This document shows, piece by piece, positions 1-9,438 of a stretch of 64,000 bases of DNA. Positions within the stretch are counted from its first letter, which is position 1, and every line of letters starts with the position of its first letter. The DNA is from Escherichia phage AV124: the sequence record OR352954; one strand, given 5' to 3'. A program made the translations under genes and the position numbers. A model generated the notes under the pieces. The model was given only the letters and a program-made list of their open reading frames with translations. It was not told the DNA's origin and searched no databases.

Positions 1-473
1 CCTTCTCATATGACCCTGAGACAGGTTTGTTTACTTGTATCAATCCTCTCGCTCGTCGTCATTTTGGTAAGGTTGCAGGCACAAAAAGGAAAGATGGGTA
101 TATACGCCTCGGTGTTAAGGTAAGCGGCAAGCTGAAAATGTTTCTCGCGCATAGGGTTGCCTGGGCTTTTTATCACGGTGTGTGGCCTGATGGCCTTATT
201 GACCATAAAGACTGGGACAGACAAAATAATAAAATAGACAATCTCAGGGTTGTTGACAAAAGCACAAATAATTATTATTATTCCCCTTGGAAAGGGAAGT
301 CACAGACAGGTTACAGGGGTGTTAGGATAGATAAAAGGAGAAATCCTCCCAGATATCAAGCTATTTTCTGCGACACTCATCTTGGGATGTTCTCTACAGC
401 AGAAGAGGCATATGCTTGCTATCAAAAGTATGTTATGAAGACACAGGAGATTATCGCAGATGCTGAAATATAA
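1..473 (+). CDS. HNH homing endonuclease with AP2-like C-terminal motif; 5' partial (start lies upstream of window)
   Basis: Reading frame open from window edge; 'HRVAWAFYHG...DHKDWDRQNNKIDNLR' HNH-type motif, 'GYRGV' AP2-like motif. Confidence 0.55.
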   Translation, partial: FSYDPETGLFTCINPLARRHFGKVAGTKRKDGYIRLGVKVSGKLKMFLAHRVAWAFYHGVWPDGLIDHKDWDRQNNKIDNLRVVDKSTNNYYYSPWKGKSQTGYRGVRIDKRRNPPRYQAIFCDTHLGMFSTAEEAYACYQKYVMKTQEIIADAEI

Positions 474-951
474 AGTTGGTGATTTGATTAAAGCTATTCA
501 AGATGGTGAAGTAAATGTTTTTGGTCATGGTTGTAATTGCTTTGTGACTATGGGTAGCGGGATCGCCCCGTTGATCAAAGAAGCATTCCCTAAGATGTAC
601 GCTGCCGACCTGAAAACTGAGAAGGGCGACAAGACCAAGCTGGGAACCTGTACAATGGCCTTTTTGAATGATGGGTCTCTCGTAGGATTTAATCTGTACT
701 CACAGTACGGTTATAATCGCCGCAAACAGGGTCTCAGGGACCTTGACTACAATGCCCTGTATGATTCAATGGTTGAAATGAAAAAGCTCTTACAGAGCTA
801 TACAGACGGCCCTATGGACACCTATCGAATCGGGTTCCCTAAACTAGGTGCTGGGCTTGCAGGGGGTGACTGGAATGTCATCGAAGCAATGATCAAATCA
901 ATCTTCTTTGATTGTGATGTAACTGTGTACATTCTGCCGGAGAAAAAGTGA
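460..951 (+). CDS. macro-domain (ADP-ribose binding/processing) protein
   Basis: 'GDLIKAIQDGEVNVFGHGCNCFVTMGSGIA' and 'IGFPKLGAGLAGG' resemble macro-domain Gly-rich loops (cf. YmdB/MacroD). Confidence 0.55.
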   Translation: MLKYKVGDLIKAIQDGEVNVFGHGCNCFVTMGSGIAPLIKEAFPKMYAADLKTEKGDKTKLGTCTMAFLNDGSLVGFNLYSQYGYNRRKQGLRDLDYNALYDSMVEMKKLLQSYTDGPMDTYRIGFPKLGAGLAGGDWNVIEAMIKSIFFDCDVTVYILPEKK

Positions 952-1120
952 TGACAGAAAAGAAAAACCTACACCCTGATACTGCATATGATCGTATTGT
1001 TGCGGCAATTCGTGCAATCGACCCGAAATTGGTAGACGCCCTTGACAGAAAGGATGCCCTCAACGATATTAATGATGCTTGCTATGAAGTTTTATGGCAA
1101 GATTGGATGGGGGATGATGA

Positions 1121-1330
1121 ATGATTGAACTTAAAGACGGCATGGTGGCCCACACCAAGAAGATCGACCTTCACGTTGGTAACACAGTGTTTACATACAA
1201 TGCACCACGAGGAAAGAGCTTTGTTGTTCTTCTACTTGGCGTAGAGAAGCCGGATGGTCAAGGAGAAGGTATTCAGATTGACGAATGGCTGAATAGTCGT
1301 GGCTGGAAGCTGGAGGGTCCTGATGAGTAA
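1121..1330 (+). CDS. hypothetical protein
   Basis: ORF track; start overlaps upstream gene. Confidence 0.3.
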   Translation: MIELKDGMVAHTKKIDLHVGNTVFTYNAPRGKSFVVLLLGVEKPDGQGEGIQIDEWLNSRGWKLEGPDE

Positions 1331-1541
1331 ATCGGTTTTTGTCATCTATGACACTGTTGACAAATGCCTCTGGAACCACAAAGCCAAGATTGGGTGGATT
1401 AGTTCCGGCGCGGCGAAGAACGCCTGGAATCTTGCCCACGCAACCTGGAGTGGGAAGCAGTATTTTGATGACCAGCAAAGATATGTAGTTCTTGAGCTTT
1501 CTGGCGGACACGTTAGTAAATTATTTGAGGAGAATAAATGA
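1323..1541 (+). CDS. hypothetical protein
   Basis: ORF with ATG at 1323 overlapping upstream stop (ATGAGTAA); translationally coupled small early gene. Confidence 0.3.
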   Translation: MSKSVFVIYDTVDKCLWNHKAKIGWISSGAAKNAWNLAHATWSGKQYFDDQQRYVVLELSGGHVSKLFEENK

Positions 1542-1894
1542 CCATGAATGAATCTGTAGATTCTGCAACCACCCCAATGATCGGTGGTAAGATTTACGCT
1601 GGCGTTATCATCAACGCCCGTCCGTTTGTGGAGGTATGGCCCCGTTGTATTTGTGGTTATCTGGCTGGCAAGGATCATCACAACCGAGGGTTTGATAATG
1701 GCCCTATTCGTACCTCCACGGTGCAAAGCCTGCTGCTGGAGAATGGTAAGCTATTCGCCATCACACTGAATAGCGCTTATCGCCTAGAATCTGTAGATCT
1801 GGCAGCTTTTCTTAATTGTCCTGGGTGGTTCGATGACCTTGATAATTTGATCACTCAGGCTGTAGCTCCTAAAAAGGGGGTGTCCATTGACTAA
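1538..1894 (+). CDS. hypothetical protein
   Basis: ORF track, 118 aa, start overlaps upstream stop. Confidence 0.4.
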   Translation: MTMNESVDSATTPMIGGKIYAGVIINARPFVEVWPRCICGYLAGKDHHNRGFDNGPIRTSTVQSLLLENGKLFAITLNSAYRLESVDLAAFLNCPGWFDDLDNLITQAVAPKKGVSID

Positions 1895-2930
1895 ACCAAT
1901 TAAATACCCAAGCACCGCACAGTTCCGTCAGGTTATCCGCACCATGCATGATAAACTGACGTTCGACGGTCTTGATGAAGAAGGCAATATCAAGCGTAAG
2001 GTTTTGCCACCGGACGCATACTTGATCCCGTACATTGGTACGGTTAAGCTCCACGGCACAAATGGTAGCGTGGTATTCCACTCTGAGGATGAAGTTGTCT
2101 TCCAGTCCAAAGAGCGTGTCGTTACTGTAGGTGACGATAACAATGGCTTCGCGGCTTTCATGTCTCGAAAAGACACCTCAGAGCTGCTTTCCCAGGTTAA
2201 ATACCTGTGTGAAGTCAATGAAGTTGAGTTCCAGTTCCCGGTTGAAATTGCTGGTGAATGGGCTGGTCGCGGCATTCAGAAAGGTGTTGCCATCACTGAA
2301 GTAGAGCCATTCTTTGCTATCTTCCGTGTGGCTGTAGGCCGGGATGAGGCGACGGATACCCTCAACTGGCTACCACCAACGTTCCAGTTTGGAATGGGAT
2401 TGCCGGATGCTCGTATCTACAGTATCCTTGACTTCGGTTACTGGATGGCTAATATCCCATTCAATGAGCCAGAACTTGTCCAGAATGACTTGGCAGAACT
2501 GACTCGTGAAGTGGAAAACAAATGCCCGGCAGGTAAGTTCTTTGGCGTAGAAGGTATCGGTGAAGGCATTGTCTGGTCTCCAAAAGATCCTGAGCTTTCT
2601 AAAATCTCTGGTCTGTGGTTTAAAGTCAAGGGTGATAAACATTCTGTATCCAAAGTTAAGACCCTGGCAGCGATCGACCCAGAACGCCTCGCAAGTATGC
2701 GTGAGTTCGTTGAGTACGCTGTGACGGAAGCACGTCTTGAGCAGGGTGTTAGCGAAGTCGGTCTTGACCAGACTAAGATTGGTGAATTCATTGGATGGAT
2801 TAACCGAGACATCAACAAGGAAGAGGGTGATGTTCTGGAAGCCAGCTCCATGACCATGAAAGATGTTGGTAAGTTTATCAGCAACAAAGCTCGTGCATGG
2901 TACATGACTCGTCTGAGTGAGGAGGGCTAA
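1887..2930 (+). CDS. ATP-dependent RNA ligase, Rnl2-like
   Basis: Nucleotidyltransferase motif I 'VKLHGTN' (cf. T4 Rnl2 KIHGTN), 'EGIVWSP' and 'FKVKG' downstream motifs; N-terminus 'KPIKYPS'; TTG start after GGGGG SD. Confidence 0.7.
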   Translation: MTKPIKYPSTAQFRQVIRTMHDKLTFDGLDEEGNIKRKVLPPDAYLIPYIGTVKLHGTNGSVVFHSEDEVVFQSKERVVTVGDDNNGFAAFMSRKDTSELLSQVKYLCEVNEVEFQFPVEIAGEWAGRGIQKGVAITEVEPFFAIFRVAVGRDEATDTLNWLPPTFQFGMGLPDARIYSILDFGYWMANIPFNEPELVQNDLAELTREVENKCPAGKFFGVEGIGEGIVWSPKDPELSKISGLWFKVKGDKHSVSKVKTLAAIDPERLASMREFVEYAVTEARLEQGVSEVGLDQTKIGEFIGWINRDINKEEGDVLEASSMTMKDVGKFISNKARAWYMTRLSEEG

Positions 2931-3112
2931 TGGCCCTCATTGTAGCCACAACGCGGTCTGTTGAAAAAAGACCTGGACATTCTTTCACCGAGTGTGATAC
3001 CTTGATTTTCGAAGATGAAGAACAGGGAAAAAAGTTTGTTAAAGATAACAAACAGTTTGTCTATAATGTCCAAAAAGCGAGGGTCATTAAAAATGGTGAG
3101 ACCAGAACCTAA
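2930..3112 (+). CDS. hypothetical protein
   Basis: ORF track, 60 aa, ATG overlaps ligase stop. Confidence 0.25.
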   Translation: MALIVATTRSVEKRPGHSFTECDTLIFEDEEQGKKFVKDNKQFVYNVQKARVIKNGETRT

Positions 3113-3278
3113 GTTTAAAGTCGGGCAGACAGTCAAAGATACCTGGAGCGGCAAGGTTGGCCCTATTTCCACCATGTACTTTTCAGAAGGAGACCAGTAC
3201 AACAAGGCAGAATGGGCATATTCTATAGACCATATCGGGTGGTTATTCCATCCAGAGTCTGACTTGGAGTCGGTGTAA
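3093..3278 (+). CDS. hypothetical protein
   Basis: ATG at 3093 in frame of track ORF 3015..3278. Confidence 0.25.
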   Translation: MVRPEPKFKVGQTVKDTWSGKVGPISTMYFSEGDQYNKAEWAYSIDHIGWLFHPESDLESV

Positions 3279-3697
3279 TGGGTCTTCGTGAATACTTAGC
3301 AGTCAAATTAAAACATGCAAAGGGGCAATCTATGGTTAAAGTGAATGGTAATACCATCACGATCAACGGGAATACCGTCGTTAATGGTGACATCATTGGT
3401 GGAGACTTGAGTATTTCTGCAAATGGGGATAAAATCCTCATCAACGGAAAAGAGGTCTATACCACTTCTGATAAAAACATTACCGTAGTCATCCACGGAA
3501 ATACAGGAAGCATAAACACCACATCTGGTGGTGTGAAGGTGTATGGCACAGCAGGTAATGTTAAGACTGTTTCTGGTGATGTCCGTATCGAAACAGGGTC
3601 ACTTGCAGATGTGACTACCGTCTCAGGAGATGTTATAGCAGAAACCATTGAAGGTAATGTGAAAACAGTTTCAGGAGATGTTTCTCACCGTCGTTGA
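3278..3697 (+). CDS. beta-solenoid repeat protein (DUF4097/bactofilin-like repeats)
   Basis: Tandem degenerate repeats 'VKTVSGDV' / 'GNTITINGNTVVNGD'; alternative start ATG 3332 with AAGGGG SD. Confidence 0.4.
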   Translation: MGLREYLAVKLKHAKGQSMVKVNGNTITINGNTVVNGDIIGGDLSISANGDKILINGKEVYTTSDKNITVVIHGNTGSINTTSGGVKVYGTAGNVKTVSGDVRIETGSLADVTTVSGDVIAETIEGNVKTVSGDVSHRR

Positions 3698-3739
3698 TAT
3701 ACAGCCCCATTATGGGGCTTTTTAATTTGGAGTGTAAAT

Positions 3740-4270
3740 TTGAAATTGAAAAATATGATTTTGGCAACCGCCTGTATCCTTTCTCTGACTACCACACCTG
3801 TCTTAGCCAAAGAAAGTGTAAAGAAGCCCAAAGTTATCCATCTTTGTAAGAAGGATGACACAGCGGTAAACATTTTAGCCTGCAACATGTACAAAGAAGC
3901 TCGTGGAGAGAGTGATTCCGGGTTAATGTCGATCGCATTCGTAACTTTGAATCGTAAGGATAACGATAAGTACCCTGGAACAGTAAAGAAGATCGTCTAC
4001 CAGCCCGGACAATTCTCCTGGACATCTTCAGGAACAACGTTTAAAGTCTATGAAAAGGATCGCTGGGAGAAGGCACAAGAGTTTGCAAAAGTTCTGATCA
4101 AGATTCATAAACAAAACAGGGTCGTCTACGATGCTCTGGACATAACACATGGAGCAACCCACTACCATTCACGAAAAGTAAAACCCTACTGGACAAAGGC
4201 CATGCTACGCACAGTCAGGATCGATAACCATATCTATTATAAAGAGAAAGAAGATTCTCAGGGGGCATGA
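3740..4270 (+). CDS. secreted SleB-like cell wall hydrolase (signal peptide)
   Basis: N-terminal 'MKLKNMILATACILSLTTTPVLA' signal peptide; 'YKEARGESDSG...VTLNRKD...IVYQPGQFSW' resembles Hydrolase_2/SleB catalytic domain. Confidence 0.55.
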   Translation: MKLKNMILATACILSLTTTPVLAKESVKKPKVIHLCKKDDTAVNILACNMYKEARGESDSGLMSIAFVTLNRKDNDKYPGTVKKIVYQPGQFSWTSSGTTFKVYEKDRWEKAQEFAKVLIKIHKQNRVVYDALDITHGATHYHSRKVKPYWTKAMLRTVRIDNHIYYKEKEDSQGA

Positions 4271-4274
4271 ACTC

Positions 4275-4430
4275 ATGAAGAAATTCTTAGCAATATTTGT
4301 TTGCATTACCCCTTTGTGTGTGATATTGTCACTGTCACAGCCCATATATTGGGAACAAATTTGTGGAGCATACGCAATAGGTATGGCTACAGCGGCCTTT
4401 AGACTAAATACAAACAACTGCAAAAAGTAG
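4275..4430 (+). CDS. small membrane protein (51 aa)
   Basis: ATG 4275 overlapping hydrolase stop; hydrophobic N-terminus 'MKKFLAIFVCITPLCVILSL'. Confidence 0.3.
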   Translation: MKKFLAIFVCITPLCVILSLSQPIYWEQICGAYAIGMATAAFRLNTNNCKK

Positions 4431-4439
4431 GAGAAGTAG

Positions 4440-6431
4440 ATGATAATCGAGCGTAATGAGAAGAAGGTAGAAGTTAGTACCAACGTCAAACGCTATCAAG
4501 CTGGTATCGCGATCAATGCTGAAACTTTCAGTATCTTGATCGATGGTATTTATGAGGACAAGATCCTTGCTGCCTGTCGTGAACCCCTGTTCAATGCGGT
4601 AGATGCACACACAGAAGCCGGATGCCGGGACAAACCGATTATCATCCACTCCCCAACGGACTTGGAACCGTGGTATTCTGTCAAGGATGGTGGTATTGGG
4701 ATGGACTTTGACATGGTTACCCAGACCTTCATGATGCTGGGATCGTCCACTAAACGTGAATCCAACGATCTGATCGGTGCGAAAGGTATTGGTTCCAAGG
4801 CCCCGTTCACCGTTACGGACATGTTCAGTGTCATCTCTATCAAAGATGGTACTAAAACTGTGTACTCTGTTCATAAAGACCAAGGTATTCCTGAGGTTGT
4901 TCCTCTTCACGAGTCTAAAACCATAGAAGAAAATGGTGTTGAAATCAAATTCAACGTTGATCCGACAGAGACTGAGAAATACCGCCGTGCAATTATTAGT
5001 TGCCTGCGTTATGCTAAGTTCCCTTACGAGATCAATGACCCGTTTGTGACTTCATCTATTCGAGACCGTACCTACCCGGTGCAGTATACGTTCAAAGATG
5101 AAGAATCTGGTTGGATGCTGGAAATGTATTCGTCGGTATCTAACAACGCCGATAGCGTTGTGGTTATGGGACAACAGCCATACAAGTCAAAGTTTCTGAG
5201 CAATAACCCTGAATGGCCTTTAATGATGGTTTCCATTCCGATCGGGGATTGTGACGTAAACCCAGGACGTGAATGGACTATCGAGGGTAAGAATGACCGT
5301 GGATTCGAAGAGCGTCTTAAGGCATTTGTCCAGACTGCCCTTGATCGTCGTGGTGAAGAAATCTATCATGAACTCCGTAAGCTTTCAAATCTGGCTGATG
5401 TATTAGCTTATATGAAGCGGGTAGGTGGTTGGTTTGCCACTAAATATGGTGCAAAGTACATCGCAGAACTCTTCGCAGAGCACACTAACTCTTTGAATAT
5501 TAAAGAGTGCGTGACTTATAATGGTCATGGTGAAAAGCGGAGGATGGATAAGACATACTCTTACACAGACATGATGAACGGCTTCCACCTTGTCTACAAC
5601 GATATTAATAAACTTGTTCGTAGCCGTTGTAATCAGTTATTTGATGTAACAGGCAAGGCCGTCTATCTGACGGACAATCTTGGTGTGGCACAAATGTGTG
5701 ATAATCCATTCTTTGCGGGAATGGTCCATAAGCTGTCGGATTTGGAAAAGCGTCCAGCATCGAAATCGGATAAAAAGTATGGCGGATATAGCCTGTATGA
5801 ACCAGGGCATCCAGTATGGATCATTGAGCAGAGTGGAGCTATTAGGAAAACACGTATCTCCCGTGCGGAATTTGATGATATCAAATATGCCATGGTCTAT
5901 TCTGGTGGTCAGGCACGAGGGACTTGTGACCTTGGGTCTACGGCGTACCTTTCTAACCGTCATCAACCGGAGACCTTCTTGTCAGATCTTGGTATTGATG
6001 ATAAATTATACATCGTACCTTTAAACCGAGTGAGTTGGCTGGATGATGATGTTAGGATGATTACACAGGACGACCTTTATAAGGTTGCAAGTTCAAACCT
6101 GTTGGATTATCATCTTAGTCAGTTAACCAGACAGCGTGAGTATCGCTCTCTCTTGGACGACTTAAAGGGAATAGGTGTAGAGGTTGTCAAAGATCCTGAA
6201 TACAAGCAAAAGGTTAATATGGCTAACACTCTTTACAATATTAAAGGTTATTATAGTGCAGAAAGAACTGCGAAGAGAATCATCAATGGACGTATTCGTG
6301 TTGGGAAAAGTCTGATTAACAAGGTAAAAGAGCGTTACCCGTTGCTGAAACACGTCCCGATGCAACATTTTAACTCACCAGAGGTGGTTGAGTACCGTAA
6401 ATTTATTGATAGCAAAGGAGAAAATAAATGA
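4440..6431 (+). CDS. rIIA: rIIA-like protein (GHKL ATPase N-terminal domain)
   Basis: GHKL-type boxes 'FNAVDAH' and 'GIGMD...GAKGIGSKAPF'; 663 aa; immediately upstream of rIIB-like gene with ATGA overlap. Confidence 0.65.
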   Translation: MIIERNEKKVEVSTNVKRYQAGIAINAETFSILIDGIYEDKILAACREPLFNAVDAHTEAGCRDKPIIIHSPTDLEPWYSVKDGGIGMDFDMVTQTFMMLGSSTKRESNDLIGAKGIGSKAPFTVTDMFSVISIKDGTKTVYSVHKDQGIPEVVPLHESKTIEENGVEIKFNVDPTETEKYRRAIISCLRYAKFPYEINDPFVTSSIRDRTYPVQYTFKDEESGWMLEMYSSVSNNADSVVVMGQQPYKSKFLSNNPEWPLMMVSIPIGDCDVNPGREWTIEGKNDRGFEERLKAFVQTALDRRGEEIYHELRKLSNLADVLAYMKRVGGWFATKYGAKYIAELFAEHTNSLNIKECVTYNGHGEKRRMDKTYSYTDMMNGFHLVYNDINKLVRSRCNQLFDVTGKAVYLTDNLGVAQMCDNPFFAGMVHKLSDLEKRPASKSDKKYGGYSLYEPGHPVWIIEQSGAIRKTRISRAEFDDIKYAMVYSGGQARGTCDLGSTAYLSNRHQPETFLSDLGIDDKLYIVPLNRVSWLDDDVRMITQDDLYKVASSNLLDYHLSQLTRQREYRSLLDDLKGIGVEVVKDPEYKQKVNMANTLYNIKGYYSAERTAKRIINGRIRVGKSLINKVKERYPLLKHVPMQHFNSPEVVEYRKFIDSKGENK

Positions 6432-7663
6432 GCAATCTTTTTAAATCCCGTGCAGATGCTCGTGTTTGTGCTGCAAGTCGTGGTATGAAAGTTGTGGACC
6501 GTGGTGTATCTCCGGCGGTCCTGGCAGAGGGGCGTTGGATGGTTGTCCCCAAAGACAGTATTGGTGCTTCCCCGGAAAAGACGATTTCCTTCGATATGGA
6601 AACTTACCCTGCGCCAACTGCTTCTATGTTCTTTGCGAGTCGGGGAGAAGCCCGAGCATTCTCTAAGACTGTACAGAATGCGAAGATTATCGATCATGCA
6701 AAGACAACAGCAGGACATGACAAAGAGGAGGGGGTTGTCAAGGACCTTGGCAAGCGTGGTAAGCGCTGGGAAGTGGTGTTCGTAGTTTCTGATGTAGAAG
6801 TGAGCATTACTGTTCCTCAGCTTCCAGAACCTACACCTGTGCCTATTAAGATTTCGGTTGTTGATGACACGAAAGCTGATCCCATTGTCATCATGACACC
6901 AGGCAACGTTTCCATCACACTTCCCGATGGAACTATTCATACTCTGGGCAGTAACAGCGAAATCTTTAACGACGTTGGTATGTTACTGTTAAACAACAAG
7001 ATCGACGAAGCCGTAGCTCTTATTGAGGCGGGAATCGCTGCAAAAGCTGAGGTGGCAATCGATCTTGGACCGGATATGAAGCTACTCGACGGTGTTCTAT
7101 ACTGGCACGGCATCAAACAAGAAAGCGGTATTGCTCGCCGTATTGTTTCGGATATCGAGACCGGGAAGTTCGATAACCGTTATGTTGAGTTCATGCGTAA
7201 ACTGATGCTCAACCCTTCTTACAAATCGGTTGAAATGCTGTACGACTTCCTGGAGCATAACAAGTTTGAGATCCTGGAGAATGGCAACATCTTGGCCTAC
7301 AAGGGGCTTAAACGCACTGAGAATGGTCCTCGTGACTGGTTCACAGGCTTGGTCCCTAACTGGGCTAACACCACCGTCACGATGCCAAGAAACATGGTTG
7401 AAGATGACCCAACCAAAGCTTGTAGTCAAGGGCTGCACATCGCTTCCAAGGAATATGCCCGCGATTATGGCAATGTGGTTGAGGTTTCTGTTGACCCGGC
7501 AGACATTGTTAGCGTACCATATAACTACAATAACAAGAAATGCCGATGCTGCCGCTATGAAGTATTGACAGGAAAAGAAAAGCCAGCAGGTGCTCCTGAT
7601 GTTATTGTTGTGGGTGTAAGGGGTGCTATCCTGGACGAAATTTATCTCGATAAGGAGGATTAA
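6428..7663 (+). CDS. rIIB: rIIB-like protein
   Basis: Position directly after rIIA with start/stop overlap; C-terminal 'CSQGLHIASKEYARDYG...VDPADIVSVPYNYN' resembles rIIB family as I recall it. Confidence 0.55.
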   Translation: MSNLFKSRADARVCAASRGMKVVDRGVSPAVLAEGRWMVVPKDSIGASPEKTISFDMETYPAPTASMFFASRGEARAFSKTVQNAKIIDHAKTTAGHDKEEGVVKDLGKRGKRWEVVFVVSDVEVSITVPQLPEPTPVPIKISVVDDTKADPIVIMTPGNVSITLPDGTIHTLGSNSEIFNDVGMLLLNNKIDEAVALIEAGIAAKAEVAIDLGPDMKLLDGVLYWHGIKQESGIARRIVSDIETGKFDNRYVEFMRKLMLNPSYKSVEMLYDFLEHNKFEILENGNILAYKGLKRTENGPRDWFTGLVPNWANTTVTMPRNMVEDDPTKACSQGLHIASKEYARDYGNVVEVSVDPADIVSVPYNYNNKKCRCCRYEVLTGKEKPAGAPDVIVVGVRGAILDEIYLDKED

Positions 7664-8970
7664 TGTCTGATTTTGGAGTGGGAACGGAAGAGGCCTTAGG
7701 TGCTATCATTGAAGGCAAAAACGTTTTCATTACGGGGCCGGGGGGCAGTGGCAAGAGCCATCTGATCAAAACAATCCAATCCCTGTATCCAAGTTCAACA
7801 TTAACAGTGGCCCCGACAGGGGTCGCTTCACTTAATGTTGATGGAATGACAACTCATCGAGCTTTCGGGTTATCAATGGGGATAGCCACAGAAGATGATG
7901 GTAAGACAGTAAAAACTAAACCTAAAAAACTTTTAAAAAGCAAATCTCTTGAGCGTATCATTATTGATGAAATATCTATGGTCCGAGCCGACAAATTGTG
8001 GGAAATGGATCAGAAACTGCGTGTTGCGAGAAGGGAGCCTAAGAAAGCTTTCGGCGGTCTTCAGGTCATCATGTTTGGTGATTTCTTTCAGAACCCTCCC
8101 GTTCTGACAGAGTCTGAAGAAAACGCTTACTTTGAACTCCACAGCACAGAATTATCTTGTTTCTCAGACACTTGGGGAGAGATAAGTCCATACCCTGTGC
8201 TTCTTGACAAGATTTATCGTCAAAACAGCGTGCATTTTTCATCGCTATTGAATCATATGAGGAAAGGCGAGCGTATTGATGAAATAGTTAAATTCCTCAA
8301 CAATCAGTGCTATTCAAAGGGTGCAGCACTGAATGCGATTACCCTAACTTCAACTAATGCCGCAGCGGAGCGTATCAACAAAAAGCATTACGATCAGATA
8401 CCGGGTGAAGAGGTTATTTACAAAGCCTCCAAAACAGGAGATTTTGCCCAGCGTCCAGTTGCTGAGAGTCTACACCTCAAGGTAGGGACTCGTGTCATGA
8501 TCACCGTTAATGATCAGAATCCAGATGAAGACGGTCCTAAATTTGTCAACGGAACGAGGGGTATTATCAAGGCTCTCGGAAAATTTTCGGTAGATGTTGA
8601 GCTGGAAAATGGTAAGATCGTAGAGATCGAAAAGAATGTGTGGGAGAATGTAGAATACTTCCCAAGAAAGGTTATCAAGAATGGTAAGACTGAAGAGGAA
8701 TTGGAAAAGATTGTTGTTGGAACATACACAAACTTGCCCATTCGCCTTGGTTATGCAGTGACCATTCACAAAGCTCAAGGCTTGACTTTGCCAGAGGTTA
8801 ATATAGACTTTGGTTATGGAGCTTTTGCTCCTGGGATGGCCTATGTTGCCTTTAGCAGGGCCACTTCTACAAAAGGTTTAAGATTGTTGCGTCCGGTTAA
8901 AGAACGTGATATTATCGTAGACCAAAGAATTGTTAAATTCTACAAAGACACATTCCCAGGAAAATTTTAG
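7663..8970 (+). CDS. SF1B DNA helicase, Dda/RecD-like
   Basis: Walker A 'GPGGSGKS', 'IIIDEISM', 'VTIHKAQG', 'AYVAFSRA' motifs in Dda/RecD order. Confidence 0.75.
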   Translation: MSDFGVGTEEALGAIIEGKNVFITGPGGSGKSHLIKTIQSLYPSSTLTVAPTGVASLNVDGMTTHRAFGLSMGIATEDDGKTVKTKPKKLLKSKSLERIIIDEISMVRADKLWEMDQKLRVARREPKKAFGGLQVIMFGDFFQNPPVLTESEENAYFELHSTELSCFSDTWGEISPYPVLLDKIYRQNSVHFSSLLNHMRKGERIDEIVKFLNNQCYSKGAALNAITLTSTNAAAERINKKHYDQIPGEEVIYKASKTGDFAQRPVAESLHLKVGTRVMITVNDQNPDEDGPKFVNGTRGIIKALGKFSVDVELENGKIVEIEKNVWENVEYFPRKVIKNGKTEEELEKIVVGTYTNLPIRLGYAVTIHKAQGLTLPEVNIDFGYGAFAPGMAYVAFSRATSTKGLRLLRPVKERDIIVDQRIVKFYKDTFPGKF

Positions 8971-8979
8971 GAGAAAATA

Positions 8980-9438
8980 ATGGCATCATATTCTCGTCTG
9001 GAGCTGGTAGAAAAGTTCCGCAAAGAACTTGAAGTATGGAATCAATGGCAGGTTCCTCGCTCTGAAAAAGCTATGGACACTACCCACATCCAAATGGCCT
9101 CTCTTGACGAGATGATGTCTGCTTATGGGTATGTCCCTCGTCGTCTTTCGAACTTCCCAGAAGTTAAAGATGGTCGCTTTGGCTACCAGCTTGCATTCCC
9201 TCGATGTAAAAAGATTTGTCGCCCATTCTTTATCTCGTTACAGGATGCAGTTAGCATCCATAATGGCAATGGGTACAAGGGGAATCCATTCCGTAGGTTG
9301 GGGGATCGCATGAGTTTTGCTCTACAGAACCGTATTGTTGAGCAGGTGGCGGTTCAGAGGGATAAGTCTTTGGAAGGTGGTATCAAATCAACTAAGAAGT
9401 GGATTAAGTTCTATGAGGAGAACAAAAATGCAGGTTGA
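8980..9438 (+). CDS. hypothetical protein
   Basis: ORF track, 152 aa. Confidence 0.4.
   Translation: MASYSRLELVEKFRKELEVWNQWQVPRSEKAMDTTHIQMASLDEMMSAYGYVPRRLSNFPEVKDGRFGYQLAFPRCKKICRPFFISLQDAVSIHNGNGYKGNPFRRLGDRMSFALQNRIVEQVAVQRDKSLEGGIKSTKKWIKFYEENKNAG

Noticed and set aside
1120-1142. Apparent 1-nt frame inconsistency between my reading of nt 1120-1142 and the track translation 'MIELKDG...' for ORF 1121..1330
   Set aside because: Most likely my reading or indexing error in a G-rich run, not a biological frameshift; flanking ORF boundaries (949-951, 1299, 1328-1330) are consistent with the track. It is why I attach a few-nt uncertainty to hand-derived coordinates.
4404-4910. Opposite-strand ORFs overlapping confident genes (e.g. 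4404..4910 -, 18376..19101 -, 19230..19715 -, 29418..29894 +, 59411..60259 +, 53969..54463 +)
   Set aside because: They lie antisense within long, motif-supported genes, have no ribosome-binding sites and give low-complexity translations; treated as spurious.
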